A stretch of 64,000 bases of DNA from a bacterium. GTDB taxonomy: Bacteria > Zixibacteria > MSB-5A5 > GN15 > FEB-12. Below are positions 47,046-56,344 of this stretch, piece after piece; within the stretch, counting starts at the first letter, position 1; each line of letters starts with the position of its first letter. The position numbers and the translations under genes are program-made. The notes under the pieces were generated by a model. That model was not told the origin of the DNA. It saw only the letters and a program-made list of their open reading frames with translations, and made no database searches. Location: NCBI GenBank assembly GCA_043819515.1, contig JBDRES010000040.1, positions 76,871-140,870 of the forward strand, written 5' to 3'.

Positions 47046-47942
47046 TCACTGAGCGATCACCAGCACGGCGCCGCTAACGGCCAGAATGATACCGAGAATT
47101 CTAAGCCGGGTCACCTTTTCCTTAAGGAAAATTGCCGCCAGGATAAACACCAAGATATTGGAGGTCTGATTGAGTGCTGCGGCTATCGAGGCTTGGGTGT
47201 ATTTCATTCCTCCCAGCCAAATGGCCATCGATATGTAGGCCCCCATCAGTGATCCGCCCAGAGTGTACGCCCAGCCGGTTCTGGTATGAAGGGTGCGCAT
47301 GATAGCCGCTCGATGAGGGTGAATCATCAGGTACAGGACCAGGACGACAGTCCCTCCGACCAGGCGCACGGCAGTTGCCCAGAAGACGGGGGTTGAAGCC
47401 AGCTGCTGCTTGATCATCACAATACCGATGCCGTTGACCAACTGCCCCAAACTGCCGTATACTACGCCGATTACGATGTCACGACGAGTCAGACCAGTAC
47501 CGTTTTTTTCAAGGCTGGCAAAAAGCACGGCCGAGACAATCATGGTTGCCCCCACCACTTGCCAGAGGGAAAGCGTCTCGCCAAGCCAGAGCACCGACAG
47601 GGTGATGATCACCGGACTGTAGAGACAAACAACGATGGCCGATAGTCCGGCACCGAGCTTATTCAGGCATTTGAAAAACAAGGTGTCGCCGATGCCGATG
47701 CCGAGGGCACCGCTAAGCAGATAGATGCCGTATTCGGAGAAGGGAACATCCCTGACAATCTCTTCTCCGGTAAGCCATATGGTCGGGACCAGCAGGGCGG
47801 TCGCCAGCACATTCTTGAATACATTTAGAGCTACCGGATGGACCGTCTCGCCGCTCTTTTTGAACAGAATGACGGCCACCGCCCAGGTCATAGCGACCAA
47901 CAGAGCCAGTGACTCGCCGACATGTGCGTTTATAAAGTCCAG
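47046..47942 (-). CDS. DMT/EamA-family transporter (probable CTG start)
   Basis: About ten TM helices in two EamA repeats (LGETL, FLKEKV). The frame is open upstream of the TTG at 47900, through GESLAL, to a CTG at 47942 with a GAGGA SD. Confidence 0.85.
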   Translation of the reverse strand: MDFINAHVGESLALLVAMTWAVAVILFKKSGETVHPVALNVFKNVLATALLVPTIWLTGEEIVRDVPFSEYGIYLLSGALGIGIGDTLFFKCLNKLGAGLSAIVVCLYSPVIITLSVLWLGETLSLWQVVGATMIVSAVLFASLEKNGTGLTRRDIVIGVVYGSLGQLVNGIGIVMIKQQLASTPVFWATAVRLVGGTVVLVLYLMIHPHRAAIMRTLHTRTGWAYTLGGSLMGAYISMAIWLGGMKYTQASIAAALNQTSNILVFILAAIFLKEKVTRLRILGIILAVSGAVLVIAQ

Positions 47943-48062
47943 GGCGATGTTCCTCGATGCATCCGGACTGCGGTCATCCGATGATATGAAAAACTCAGAG
48001 GGGGAATATTGATCTGTTTAGGCAATTTGGCAAGCGGCGCTTTGGTGATTGCCGGTCAAACG

Positions 48063-48089
48063 CAAAAAACCCCCCTGCTGGGCAGGAGG
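48063..48089 (-). terminator. Probable intrinsic terminator after the four-gene operon
   Basis: Minus strand CCCTCCTGC-CCA-GCAGGGGGG-TTTTTT. Confidence 0.7.
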
Positions 48090-48144
48090 GTGTGGCTTCG
48101 TGAGGGCACCAGGCTGCCCGATATGAAAACCCCTTGCCTAAACC

Positions 48145-48333
48145 TCAGCCATAAACTTCGGCTTCGTTGCACTTGCAGATGCCGACATTCTGAGGGCGCA
48201 TCTTCCAAGCACCATTGTCACCCTTAACGGCCTTCATGTACTTGACGTACTGAACCTGCTCTTGGCAGACCGGGCAGGTCATGCTGTGCGAGCGCTTGCT
48301 GGCCTTGTCGGCAAACGACTGTTTCTTAGCCAT
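48145..48333 (-). CDS. Small basic Zn-ribbon protein, DUF4295/bL38-like
   Basis: MAKKQSF..., CPVC and CKC, VKYMKAVKGDNGAWK. GAGGA SD. Confidence 0.7.
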   Translation of the reverse strand: MAKKQSFADKASKRSHSMTCPVCQEQVQYVKYMKAVKGDNGAWKMRPQNVGICKCNEAEVYG

Positions 48334-48562
48334 CGCTGAATACTTCCTCGATTGTTAGTTCGCCCTCGGCACTCTCGCTCAGAGTTCCCAGCTGCCGTTT
48401 GACCGCGACCAGTAAAGCCGTCGTCTGACTCAGCAGCGTGAACTCCTGATTATCTTTAAGCCCCGGAGCCGCTTCGGAAAACAACTCATGGGCCCGCTGA
48501 TAATCCATGGCCTTTAGCGCCAACAACGCCTGACAGTAGGCCTTTTCGGAAGGATTAAGCAT
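48326..48562 (-). CDS. Hypothetical helical protein (single TPR-like motif)
   Basis: 78 aa, overlaps both neighbours, AGGAG SD, YCQALLALKAMDYQRAHELF. Confidence 0.65.
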   Translation of the reverse strand: MLNPSEKAYCQALLALKAMDYQRAHELFSEAAPGLKDNQEFTLLSQTTALLVAVKRQLGTLSESAEGELTIEEVFSDG

Positions 48563-49214
48563 TGACAGGTATCTCCTTCAGAATTTTCTCGGCCTCTTTC
48601 AGGCGCTTGAGGTAAGGGCTTACTTTATAGTTTCCTTGCCGGAGATAATATATGATTAATGCCGACAAAAGCAAGGCCTCTCTACTGTGCTGAACAGTCG
48701 CTTTGATAAGGGTCTCATCCAGCACCGAAAGCAGGTGCCGGCGGCTGTCGGAAGTATCCAGGAAGATTCCGTTCACTTTCTGCAAGGTCTTGCCAAACAG
48801 CGCAATGGAAGATTCCTGGGCTTGTTTTTCTTCCGCCTGACGTTTTAGAACCAAGCTGCCGGCTTTCTCCGACTTGCCGGCGTGCCAGCCACTTATGGCC
48901 TGGGAAACCTTGCGGTGGGCCGGTGACGACAGGCCGCTGCGCTTGATATTGTCAGATACCTTGTCCAGCATCTGCTCGATACGGTCGACATCGCCCGGCC
49001 TGAGCCTGTTCTGGGCTACCAGGTCGCGCCGCTTGGCGATCCAATCGGCCACGTCATCGGTAACATCCTGTCCCGCCGTCGCTGACCTGGCCAGATTGTC
49101 CAATTGATCCAGGCTTTCAAGTACGGCCAGGCGCGGTTGCTTGAGAGCCACCGCCCGAGTCAAAAACGACTCCAGGATGATTTCCAGTGACTTGAGCGTG
49201 CGCTGCGAACTCAA
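48555..49214 (-). CDS. Hypothetical all-helical protein
   Basis: 219 aa. TTG start overlaps the upstream stop, with an AAGGAG SD. Confidence 0.7.
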   Translation of the reverse strand: MSSQRTLKSLEIILESFLTRAVALKQPRLAVLESLDQLDNLARSATAGQDVTDDVADWIAKRRDLVAQNRLRPGDVDRIEQMLDKVSDNIKRSGLSSPAHRKVSQAISGWHAGKSEKAGSLVLKRQAEEKQAQESSIALFGKTLQKVNGIFLDTSDSRRHLLSVLDETLIKATVQHSREALLLSALIIYYLRQGNYKVSPYLKRLKEAEKILKEIPVNA

Positions 49215-50092
49215 TCGGTCTCCTTTACCGCCTTGGTGACAATTTCCCTCCGAGCCATCCGGTTGACCGGTCGGCTCTGGCCCTGGGGTGACTTGGCGGT
49301 TAGGTAATCTTCAAAATGCTGGGCCAGACGGTTAACCATTTTATCTAATTCAGGGGAGGTCGATGAGGGCTTTCTCTCGGTCTTGGTAATGATCCCGGCC
49401 AACTTCAGATGAGCCAGCAGCCGGAGAGCCTCCTCACGTCCGCATGGGGCCAGTTGCAGAACTTCATTCAGCGTCCGGTGACCATCCACCAGCGCCATCA
49501 GATTCCACTCCGCAGCTTCCAGACTGATCTGGCGAGCGCGACCTTTCTGAGCGGCCGATATAGTGTAGACCAGATTCAAATCCGGCAGCGTCTCCTTGGC
49601 CATGTTGAGTTCATCAAGACGTCTCAGACCCTCCAGGATGACGTTTTCCACGGAGATCTTGACCGTGATTTCCTCGTCGGTGGGAAACTGATTCTCGTAG
49701 AACTTGAACGACCCGCTATCCCAGGCCATGAGCGAAAACAGCAGTTCTTCCACCTGTTGCTTGACGACCCCGTTCAGATCGGCGCGATCTATGAAGTTGC
49801 GGGATATCATTATCTCGCCGAGGCGTTTGCTATTTTCGGTTTTGGCCTGGGTGGAGACAGCCTCGTCTAGTTGCCCGCTGGTGATGACTCCCTTGTCCTT
49901 CAGGAGTTGTCCGAGGTGAAAAGTCTGCCGGGGCCCGTAGCCATAGACGATTTCCCCCTCCTTGAAATAGACCATCACGATTGAGTCATCGCGCTGAATG
50001 CCGAGCGTACCGGACTTGCGACTGGCAGCTACTAGCTGAAATATCTCCGGGAGAGTGAAGCGCTCGATCCTTCCTTGTAGGTCAAGGTCCAT
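49211..50092 (-). CDS. DUF4388 (PatA-N) domain protein
   Basis: LQGRIERFTLPEIFQLV...KSGTL, YFKEGEIV, LGQLL/LGEIM repeats, WDSGSFKF, ILEGLRRLDE, LVDGHRT. Confidence 0.88.
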   Translation of the reverse strand: MDLDLQGRIERFTLPEIFQLVAASRKSGTLGIQRDDSIVMVYFKEGEIVYGYGPRQTFHLGQLLKDKGVITSGQLDEAVSTQAKTENSKRLGEIMISRNFIDRADLNGVVKQQVEELLFSLMAWDSGSFKFYENQFPTDEEITVKISVENVILEGLRRLDELNMAKETLPDLNLVYTISAAQKGRARQISLEAAEWNLMALVDGHRTLNEVLQLAPCGREEALRLLAHLKLAGIITKTERKPSSTSPELDKMVNRLAQHFEDYLTAKSPQGQSRPVNRMARREIVTKAVKETD

Positions 50093-50402
50093 GAATGCTC
50101 CATGCAATCTATTGTTAGCAAACGACATAAAGAAACAAATTGGTAAAAAAGCCCGATCCGCCCTCATTCAGATATAACAGTCTCCTCCCTTGTTGTATCT
50201 CAAAACCCGATGGGCGGTTAACAGTCTCTCAAAACCACTAATTGCATAACACAATACTATGTCATACTATGCGAGTCAAGATAGAACTGTCAGAAAATGA
50301 TGCGATTACCCATATTTGGGCGGATCCGTACCGTTTTTTTGGCTGCCGGACCGTCCGTGCCCCGAAAGGATCGCTTCGCCCCCAACCGTGCAAGGATCGA
50401 CC

Positions 50403-51044
50403 ATGGCAGAATACAAATTGCTAAGCAGAGAAAAAACCCCGGGAGGCATCACTCTAGCCGTTTCCGGGTGTGATGAGAAACTAGTCGTGCCGGAGGAATT
50501 TGTTTTACAGCGCAACCTGGTCGTGGGGGTATGCCTTAACGAGCGACAGCTCGAACAACTGGTCGCCGAATCACATCGCCATCATTGCGACCAATCTGCC
50601 GCCCGGTCGCTGGCCATGCGGGAGCATTCGCGCGGCGAGCTGATGGTTAAACTGCGGCGCAAGGGGCACGCCAAGGAAATCATCGCTGAAGTACTCAAAA
50701 AGTATATAGCCATGGGGGCTCTTGACGATAGCCGCTATGCCCACATGATCGGACGATCTTTGGTCGAGCGCCGCCCCTGCGGACAGGCCTATCTTTGCGC
50801 CTACCTTCAGAGGCGGTTTGTCGAGCGCTCTTTGGCCCAAGAGACCGCCCACATGCTTCTGGCCGGGCAGGATGAGACCGATAGGGCCGAAGCCGCCCTG
50901 CGGCAACGTTGGCATCGTCTGAGGGAGTTTGAACTTGAAACGGCCCGGCGCAAAGCATATAATTACCTGGCTCGCCGAGGCTTTAGCTACCAGGCGGTCA
51001 AAGCGGCCTTTGAGCGGCTGGAAAACGATCAAAACGAGGAATAG
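50403..51044 (+). CDS. recX: Regulatory protein RecX
   Basis: LAMREHSRGEL..KL, LDDSRYA, YLARRGFS. Confidence 0.88.
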   Translation: MAEYKLLSREKTPGGITLAVSGCDEKLVVPEEFVLQRNLVVGVCLNERQLEQLVAESHRHHCDQSAARSLAMREHSRGELMVKLRRKGHAKEIIAEVLKKYIAMGALDDSRYAHMIGRSLVERRPCGQAYLCAYLQRRFVERSLAQETAHMLLAGQDETDRAEAALRQRWHRLREFELETARRKAYNYLARRGFSYQAVKAAFERLENDQNEE

Positions 51045-51048
51045 AACC

Positions 51049-53679
51049 ATCAAAACCGCAGATATACGCAGCCTGTTTCTGGATTATTTTCGCCGGCGCG
51101 ATCACAAGGTGATCCCGTCTTCGCCGGTCATTCCCTTCGACGATCCGACCATATTGTTCACCAACGCCGGCATGAACCAGTTCAAGGATGTCTTCACCGG
51201 TCGACAAAAACCGGATCATCCACGCGCGACCAGTTCCCAGAAGTGTATCCGGGCGGGCGGCAAACATAACGATCTGGACAATGTCGGTTTCACCGCCCGT
51301 CATCATACTTTCTTTGAGATGCTGGGCAACTTCTCATTTGGTGACTATTTCAAAGAGGAGGCCATTGCCTACGCCTGGGAGTGGGTCACCAAAGAAGCCG
51401 GATTTCCTTCTGATCGCCTGTATGCTTCAGTCTTTGAAGAGGATGACGAAGCCTTTGATCTCTGGGCCAAGATCGCCCCGGAGCTCAAAAACGGTCGCAT
51501 CATGCGCTTTGGCAAAAAAGACAACTACTGGTCGATGGGTGATATCGGTCCCTGCGGACCCAGCTCCGAGATTCACTTTGATCGCGGCGAAAAATACGGC
51601 GTCGGACCGCAACACGTAGTCAATGGCGATACTGATCGGTACTGCGAAATCTGGAATCTTGTCTTCATGCAGTATGATCAGCTTCCCGATGGCAAGGTAG
51701 TGCCATTGCCAAAACCCTCGGTCGACACCGGGGCCGGGCTGGAGCGCCTGACCGCCACGCTGATGGGCGCCGAAACCAACTACGGTATCGACATCTTTCA
51801 GGCCCTCATCACCGTTACCGGTGAGCTGACAAAAACGAAATATGAAGGCAACTGTGTTGCCTCGCACCAGGTGATCGCCGATCATGTGCGCGCGCTCAGT
51901 TTTGCTATCGCCGATGGGGCCGGGATCTCCAACGAAGGCCAGGGATATGTGCTACGGCGTATCCTCCGGCGGGCGGCGCGGCACGGACATTTGTTGGGCA
52001 TGGAGGAGCCGTTCATATATCGTCTGGTGCCGACACTGGTCGGCGAGATGGGCCAGGCTTACCCGGAACTGCGCGAGAAGCAAAGCCATATTGAGAATGT
52101 TATCAAGAGCGAGGAAGAATCGTTCGGGCGGACGTTAGACACTGGCCTGGAGTTGTTTGATAAAGTCGCTAAGAAATTATCTGCTACAGGACAAACGGTG
52201 GTTCCGGGCGACGAAGTCTTCAAGCTCTACGACACCTATGGTTTCCCGGCCGATCTGACTGAGATCATTGCGGCCGACAAGGGGTTTACGATTGATCAGG
52301 CCGGGTTTGAGAAGGCGATGGAGCAGCAGAAAAAGCAGTCGCGCGCGGGCGGGAATTTTGGCGTAGGTCATGATCAGACGCATCAGGAGTTGATTGACAA
52401 GCTCGAGCACGAGGGTCTTGGTGGCCTGCCGCCGACGGACTTCGTTCGATCGGAGTCGCTGAAGCAGCCGTCGCAACTCCTGTTGGGTTCCGCTGCCGGC
52501 AGCGCCATCGCCATTGTATTAGACCGCACTCCGTTTTATGTCGAGGCAGGGGGGCAGGTGGCCGATGTCGGCGCCATTATCTCAGATACCTTCTCTATGA
52601 ACGTGACCGGCACTCTCAGCCATCGAGAACACATCATCCACTTCGGTGAACTTACCAAGGGCGCGGCCGATGATATCCAGGAATCACAATCCGTCACCGC
52701 CGAGGTTGATGCCGAGCGTCGCTGGGATATCATGCGCAACCATACCGCCACGCACCTGGCCCATGCAGCATTGCGAAATGTCCTCGGTGAACATATCAAA
52801 CAGTCCGGATCATACGTCGGGCCGGATCGGTTGCGCTTTGACTTTTCGCATCACCAGCCGCTGACGCAGGTTGAAATCGAACAGGTCGAGCGCATTGTTA
52901 ATGAGCAGATTCTGTTGGCATCGGATGTGAACACCGAGGAAATGGATGTTGAGTCAGCAAAAACATCCGGGGCGATGGCGCTGTTTGGTGAGAAGTACGG
53001 CGATACCGTGCGCGTGGTGTCGGTGCCCGGTTTTTCCAAGGAACTCTGCGGTGGAACACATGTGACCAACACCAGCCAGATCGGCTATTTCATGATTACG
53101 CTCGAAACGGGAATTGCGTCCGGTATCAGGCGAATGGAGGCGATCACCGGCCGGGCAGCTCAAGCTCACATTGCCGATCTAAAGAGGTTCCGCAATGAGG
53201 TGGCCGCGACGGTCGGCCGTCCCGAAGCTGAGGCCTTGGCAGCTGTGCGCGACAACCGCGAGCAGCTCAAAGCACTCGAAAAGGAAATCAAAAAAGTCAG
53301 AGCGGAGATGTTCTCAGGCGGTAAGCAGACGGTTGGAATCGAACAGCAGCTCGGCCGATTGAAGTTTGTCGCCAATGATTTTGGCGACACTGATCGTGAC
53401 ACTATGTCGGCCTGGGTCGACGTATCGAAGGGGTCGGCCGAGGCGGTTGTGGCGGTAGCGTTGGGACAGGTCGGAGGTAAACGGACTTTTGTTTCTACAG
53501 CTAGCGGATCTGCTGTGAAAGACCAGGGCGTCCACATCGGCGATGTCGCCAAGGAGCTGTTGCCGCAGTTTGGCGGCCGTGGGGGTGGCAAGCCGTCCTT
53601 TGCTCAAGGCGGTGTTGGTGACGATGTTGATGCCGATGCCTTTTTTGAAGCCATCAAGAAGGCGCTGTCCAAGGAGTAA
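51049..53679 (+). CDS. alaS: Alanine-tRNA ligase (probable ATC start)
   Basis: FTNAGMNQFK, RHHTFFEMLGNFSFGDYFK, GPCGP, EIWNLVF, HTATH, ELCGGTH, GRGGGKP. Confidence 0.98.
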   Translation: MKTADIRSLFLDYFRRRDHKVIPSSPVIPFDDPTILFTNAGMNQFKDVFTGRQKPDHPRATSSQKCIRAGGKHNDLDNVGFTARHHTFFEMLGNFSFGDYFKEEAIAYAWEWVTKEAGFPSDRLYASVFEEDDEAFDLWAKIAPELKNGRIMRFGKKDNYWSMGDIGPCGPSSEIHFDRGEKYGVGPQHVVNGDTDRYCEIWNLVFMQYDQLPDGKVVPLPKPSVDTGAGLERLTATLMGAETNYGIDIFQALITVTGELTKTKYEGNCVASHQVIADHVRALSFAIADGAGISNEGQGYVLRRILRRAARHGHLLGMEEPFIYRLVPTLVGEMGQAYPELREKQSHIENVIKSEEESFGRTLDTGLELFDKVAKKLSATGQTVVPGDEVFKLYDTYGFPADLTEIIAADKGFTIDQAGFEKAMEQQKKQSRAGGNFGVGHDQTHQELIDKLEHEGLGGLPPTDFVRSESLKQPSQLLLGSAAGSAIAIVLDRTPFYVEAGGQVADVGAIISDTFSMNVTGTLSHREHIIHFGELTKGAADDIQESQSVTAEVDAERRWDIMRNHTATHLAHAALRNVLGEHIKQSGSYVGPDRLRFDFSHHQPLTQVEIEQVERIVNEQILLASDVNTEEMDVESAKTSGAMALFGEKYGDTVRVVSVPGFSKELCGGTHVTNTSQIGYFMITLETGIASGIRRMEAITGRAAQAHIADLKRFRNEVAATVGRPEAEALAAVRDNREQLKALEKEIKKVRAEMFSGGKQTVGIEQQLGRLKFVANDFGDTDRDTMSAWVDVSKGSAEAVVAVALGQVGGKRTFVSTASGSAVKDQGVHIGDVAKELLPQFGGRGGGKPSFAQGGVGDDVDADAFFEAIKKALSKE

Positions 53680-54453
53680 ATGGTGGCTGACCGTCCGAGC
53701 ATATGTCATAGTCTGATCGAGCGGAGCCGCCGGAGAGGCGGCGGGTTTTTGCTGTTGATCGATCCTGATCGTGTTCCCGAGAGTCAATATGTCCATCTGG
53801 CCGAAGCGGCCGAAGACTGTGGTGTGGACGGCATCCTGATCGGGACATCGTTTATGCTTGATGATTGTTTCGCCGGTGCGGTCAGGGAAATAAAAAAACA
53901 TACTCGGGTACCGGTAATCATTTTCCCCGGTTCATACTCGCAGATTACAGCCGACGCCGATGCCATTTTGTTCACTTCGCTGATCTCCGGCCGCAACCCC
54001 AACTATCTAATCGACCAGCAGGTCAAAGGGGCGCCGATTGTCAAGCGATGCGGTCTGGAGGCGATACCGACCGGCTACATGCTTATCGAGTCCGGACCGT
54101 TGACCTCGGTGCAATATATCTCCGGCAGTCTGCCGATCCCGCGCAACAAAACCGATATCGCTTGCGCTCATGCTCTGGCGGCCCAATATCTGGGTATGAA
54201 ATTGGTCTATCTGGAGGCCGGCTCCGGCGCTGAGTGGCCGGTGTCGACTGAAATGGTTCGCGAAGTCGGGGCCTATTGCGACTTGCCCATAGTCGTCGGT
54301 GGTGGTTTGCGAACCGCCCGTGATTGTGCCGAGCGTATCGAGGCCGGAGCTTCATTCGTAGTTGTGGGCAATTGCCTGGAGACCGGCCCGGAGTTGACCC
54401 GTTTGCGTGAGCTGACTGAGGCCACACATGTCAAGGAGTCCCTGACGGTATGA
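53680..54453 (+). CDS. Geranylgeranylglyceryl-phosphate synthase family, group II
   Basis: LLIDPD, PVIIFPG, FTSLISGRNP, PTGYMLIESG, YLEAGSGA, VGGGLR, VVGN. Confidence 0.9.
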   Translation: MVADRPSICHSLIERSRRRGGGFLLLIDPDRVPESQYVHLAEAAEDCGVDGILIGTSFMLDDCFAGAVREIKKHTRVPVIIFPGSYSQITADADAILFTSLISGRNPNYLIDQQVKGAPIVKRCGLEAIPTGYMLIESGPLTSVQYISGSLPIPRNKTDIACAHALAAQYLGMKLVYLEAGSGAEWPVSTEMVREVGAYCDLPIVVGGGLRTARDCAERIEAGASFVVVGNCLETGPELTRLRELTEATHVKESLTV

Positions 54454-55043
54454 CAAACAATGTCAAGCAACTGGCCTGGCTGCACAAGCTCGGCGATGAA
54501 ACAACCCTGCTGCGCAAAGCAGTCATTGGCAGTCTGGGCGAGAAGATACTGACAACGGCCGCTCTGATTTCAGGCGTGATTGGATCCGGGGGTAAGATAC
54601 TTATCGCCGGTAACGGCGGCTCGGCCGCGGATGCGTCCCATTTTGCCGCCGAAATGGTAGTAAGGCTGACCTCTGATCGTGATCGTCAGGCTCTCCCGGC
54701 GCTGGCACTCTGTGTCGACCCTTCGGTCATGACCGCCGCCGCCAACGACTATGGCTTTGAAAACGTTTTCGCTCGTCAGGTCGAAGCCCTTGGCAACAAG
54801 GGTGATCTGCTGTTTGTGATCAGCACCAGCGGCAACTCGCCCAATCTGATCAGGGCGGCCGAAGTCGCTCTCCAGCGGGGGATATTAGCCACCGGTTTGC
54901 TGGGACGCAACGGCGGCAAACTGGCCAAGATGATCGACCGACCGCTTATCATTCCGCACGACTCAACCCAGCGTATTCAGGAAGAGCACATTTTCATCAT
55001 ACATTCATTGGTGGAGTTGGTCGAAGGCGACTTATTTTCATGA
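54450..55043 (+). CDS. gmhA: Sedoheptulose 7-phosphate isomerase
   Basis: GNGGSAADASH, NDYGF..VFARQ, STSGNSPN, RIQEEH. Confidence 0.93.
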   Translation: MTNNVKQLAWLHKLGDETTLLRKAVIGSLGEKILTTAALISGVIGSGGKILIAGNGGSAADASHFAAEMVVRLTSDRDRQALPALALCVDPSVMTAAANDYGFENVFARQVEALGNKGDLLFVISTSGNSPNLIRAAEVALQRGILATGLLGRNGGKLAKMIDRPLIIPHDSTQRIQEEHIFIIHSLVELVEGDLFS

Positions 55044-56308
55044 GCACTAAGGTGCTGTTCAAAGTCAAAGAAATCCTGGCCGTTACGTACGCCGTTTTTG
55101 TCGTTGGGTCTACTTTCTCAATCGCCCTGGCGCAGATGGCGCTGGGTGTATCGCTGGCGCTTTTCCTGATATGCGCCGTCTCCGAGAGGTACAATCCGTT
55201 CAGCCACGGCTTGCGATGGTTTTACACATTCGTAGCCGCCTATATCGGGTGGATGGCGTTGTCGTCAATCGCTGGCCCGACGCCCCTGCAATCGTTGTTT
55301 TCATTGCGCGAGGACTGGTTGTTTTGTGCCATTCCGATCGGGATCTACTTACTACAGTATCCACGCTATCGGCGGCGGCTGGTGCTGGCTTTTGGCCTCG
55401 GAGTTGGTGTAATCGCGGTCTATGCGATTATTCAATTCGCTTTTGGTGTGGACATTTATCATTCCGAACCTCTGGTGACGGCGGGCGAGTTTGGTTGGCG
55501 GCCGCGCGGCAATTTCAATCACCGCCTGACCTTCGGCAACTACTATGTCACGGCCGCCATGGGCCTTTTGGGTTATGCCACGATCAAGTCCCAAACGCTG
55601 TCGAGCCGATGGCGGCATATACTTTTGATCGCTGCCGCCCTGGCCTCGGTGGCAGTGGCTCTGACCATCTCCCGCGGGGTGCTTCTCAGCCTGGTGGTCG
55701 TTCTGATCGGCTATGCCTTCACCCGCTCGCGTCGGTACCTGGCGGCTATGACAGGGGTTTTGGTTTTGGGTACCGTGCTCATGGCTCTAACGCTGCCGAT
55801 TTTGATGGATCGCTTTGGTGATGCCATTAACAAAGAAACCGACCCTCAGTTTGAAGGCGGCCGATTGTTTATCTGGAGTCACTCACTTGAGATGATTGGC
55901 GACCATCCGGTTTTTGGGGTTGGATTGGGTAATTTCCGGCCCAACTACGAAAGCCATCTGCGTCCGGACATTTTGGAAGCTCGCAAGCACGCCCACGCCC
56001 ACAACGATCTGATCAATATTGCGGCTACCACCGGCATTCCGGGAGCACTCGTTTTTGCCGGGCTGTGGTTGGTGGCCCTGAGTCTGTTTTGGCGCGGCTG
56101 GCGGGCCGGATCAGGCCAGGACGAGGACGCTCGGCGATGCTCGCTGGCGGCTCTGTTGGCCTCGACGACGTTTTTCATCACCAGTCTCACCGAGGCGACT
56201 TTTGCCGATGAGGAAGTTCGCCAGATGCTTATGTTTGTCTGGGCGGTGGGCTTGTGGCCTTGGTATAATAAACGCCCCGGCTCGACGACAGCTGGGAAAA
56301 CCTCTTGA
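55040..56308 (+). CDS. O-antigen ligase family protein (WaaL-like)
   Basis: Many TM helices, TISRG, RLFIW, HPVFGVGLGNF, HAHN. Confidence 0.88.
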   Translation: MSTKVLFKVKEILAVTYAVFVVGSTFSIALAQMALGVSLALFLICAVSERYNPFSHGLRWFYTFVAAYIGWMALSSIAGPTPLQSLFSLREDWLFCAIPIGIYLLQYPRYRRRLVLAFGLGVGVIAVYAIIQFAFGVDIYHSEPLVTAGEFGWRPRGNFNHRLTFGNYYVTAAMGLLGYATIKSQTLSSRWRHILLIAAALASVAVALTISRGVLLSLVVVLIGYAFTRSRRYLAAMTGVLVLGTVLMALTLPILMDRFGDAINKETDPQFEGGRLFIWSHSLEMIGDHPVFGVGLGNFRPNYESHLRPDILEARKHAHAHNDLINIAATTGIPGALVFAGLWLVALSLFWRGWRAGSGQDEDARRCSLAALLASTTFFITSLTEATFADEEVRQMLMFVWAVGLWPWYNKRPGSTTAGKTS

Positions 56309-56344
56309 CTCTCAATCTGTTTTCTGATTTCTTGGAGGCTGATT

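Noticed and set aside
50929-51048. 40-aa N-terminal extension of AlaRS from the ORF track, or a recX-alaS frameshift fusion
   Set aside because: It overlaps the conserved RecX C-terminus, lacks an SD and does not resemble AlaRS. recX has its own stop and I saw no slippery site.
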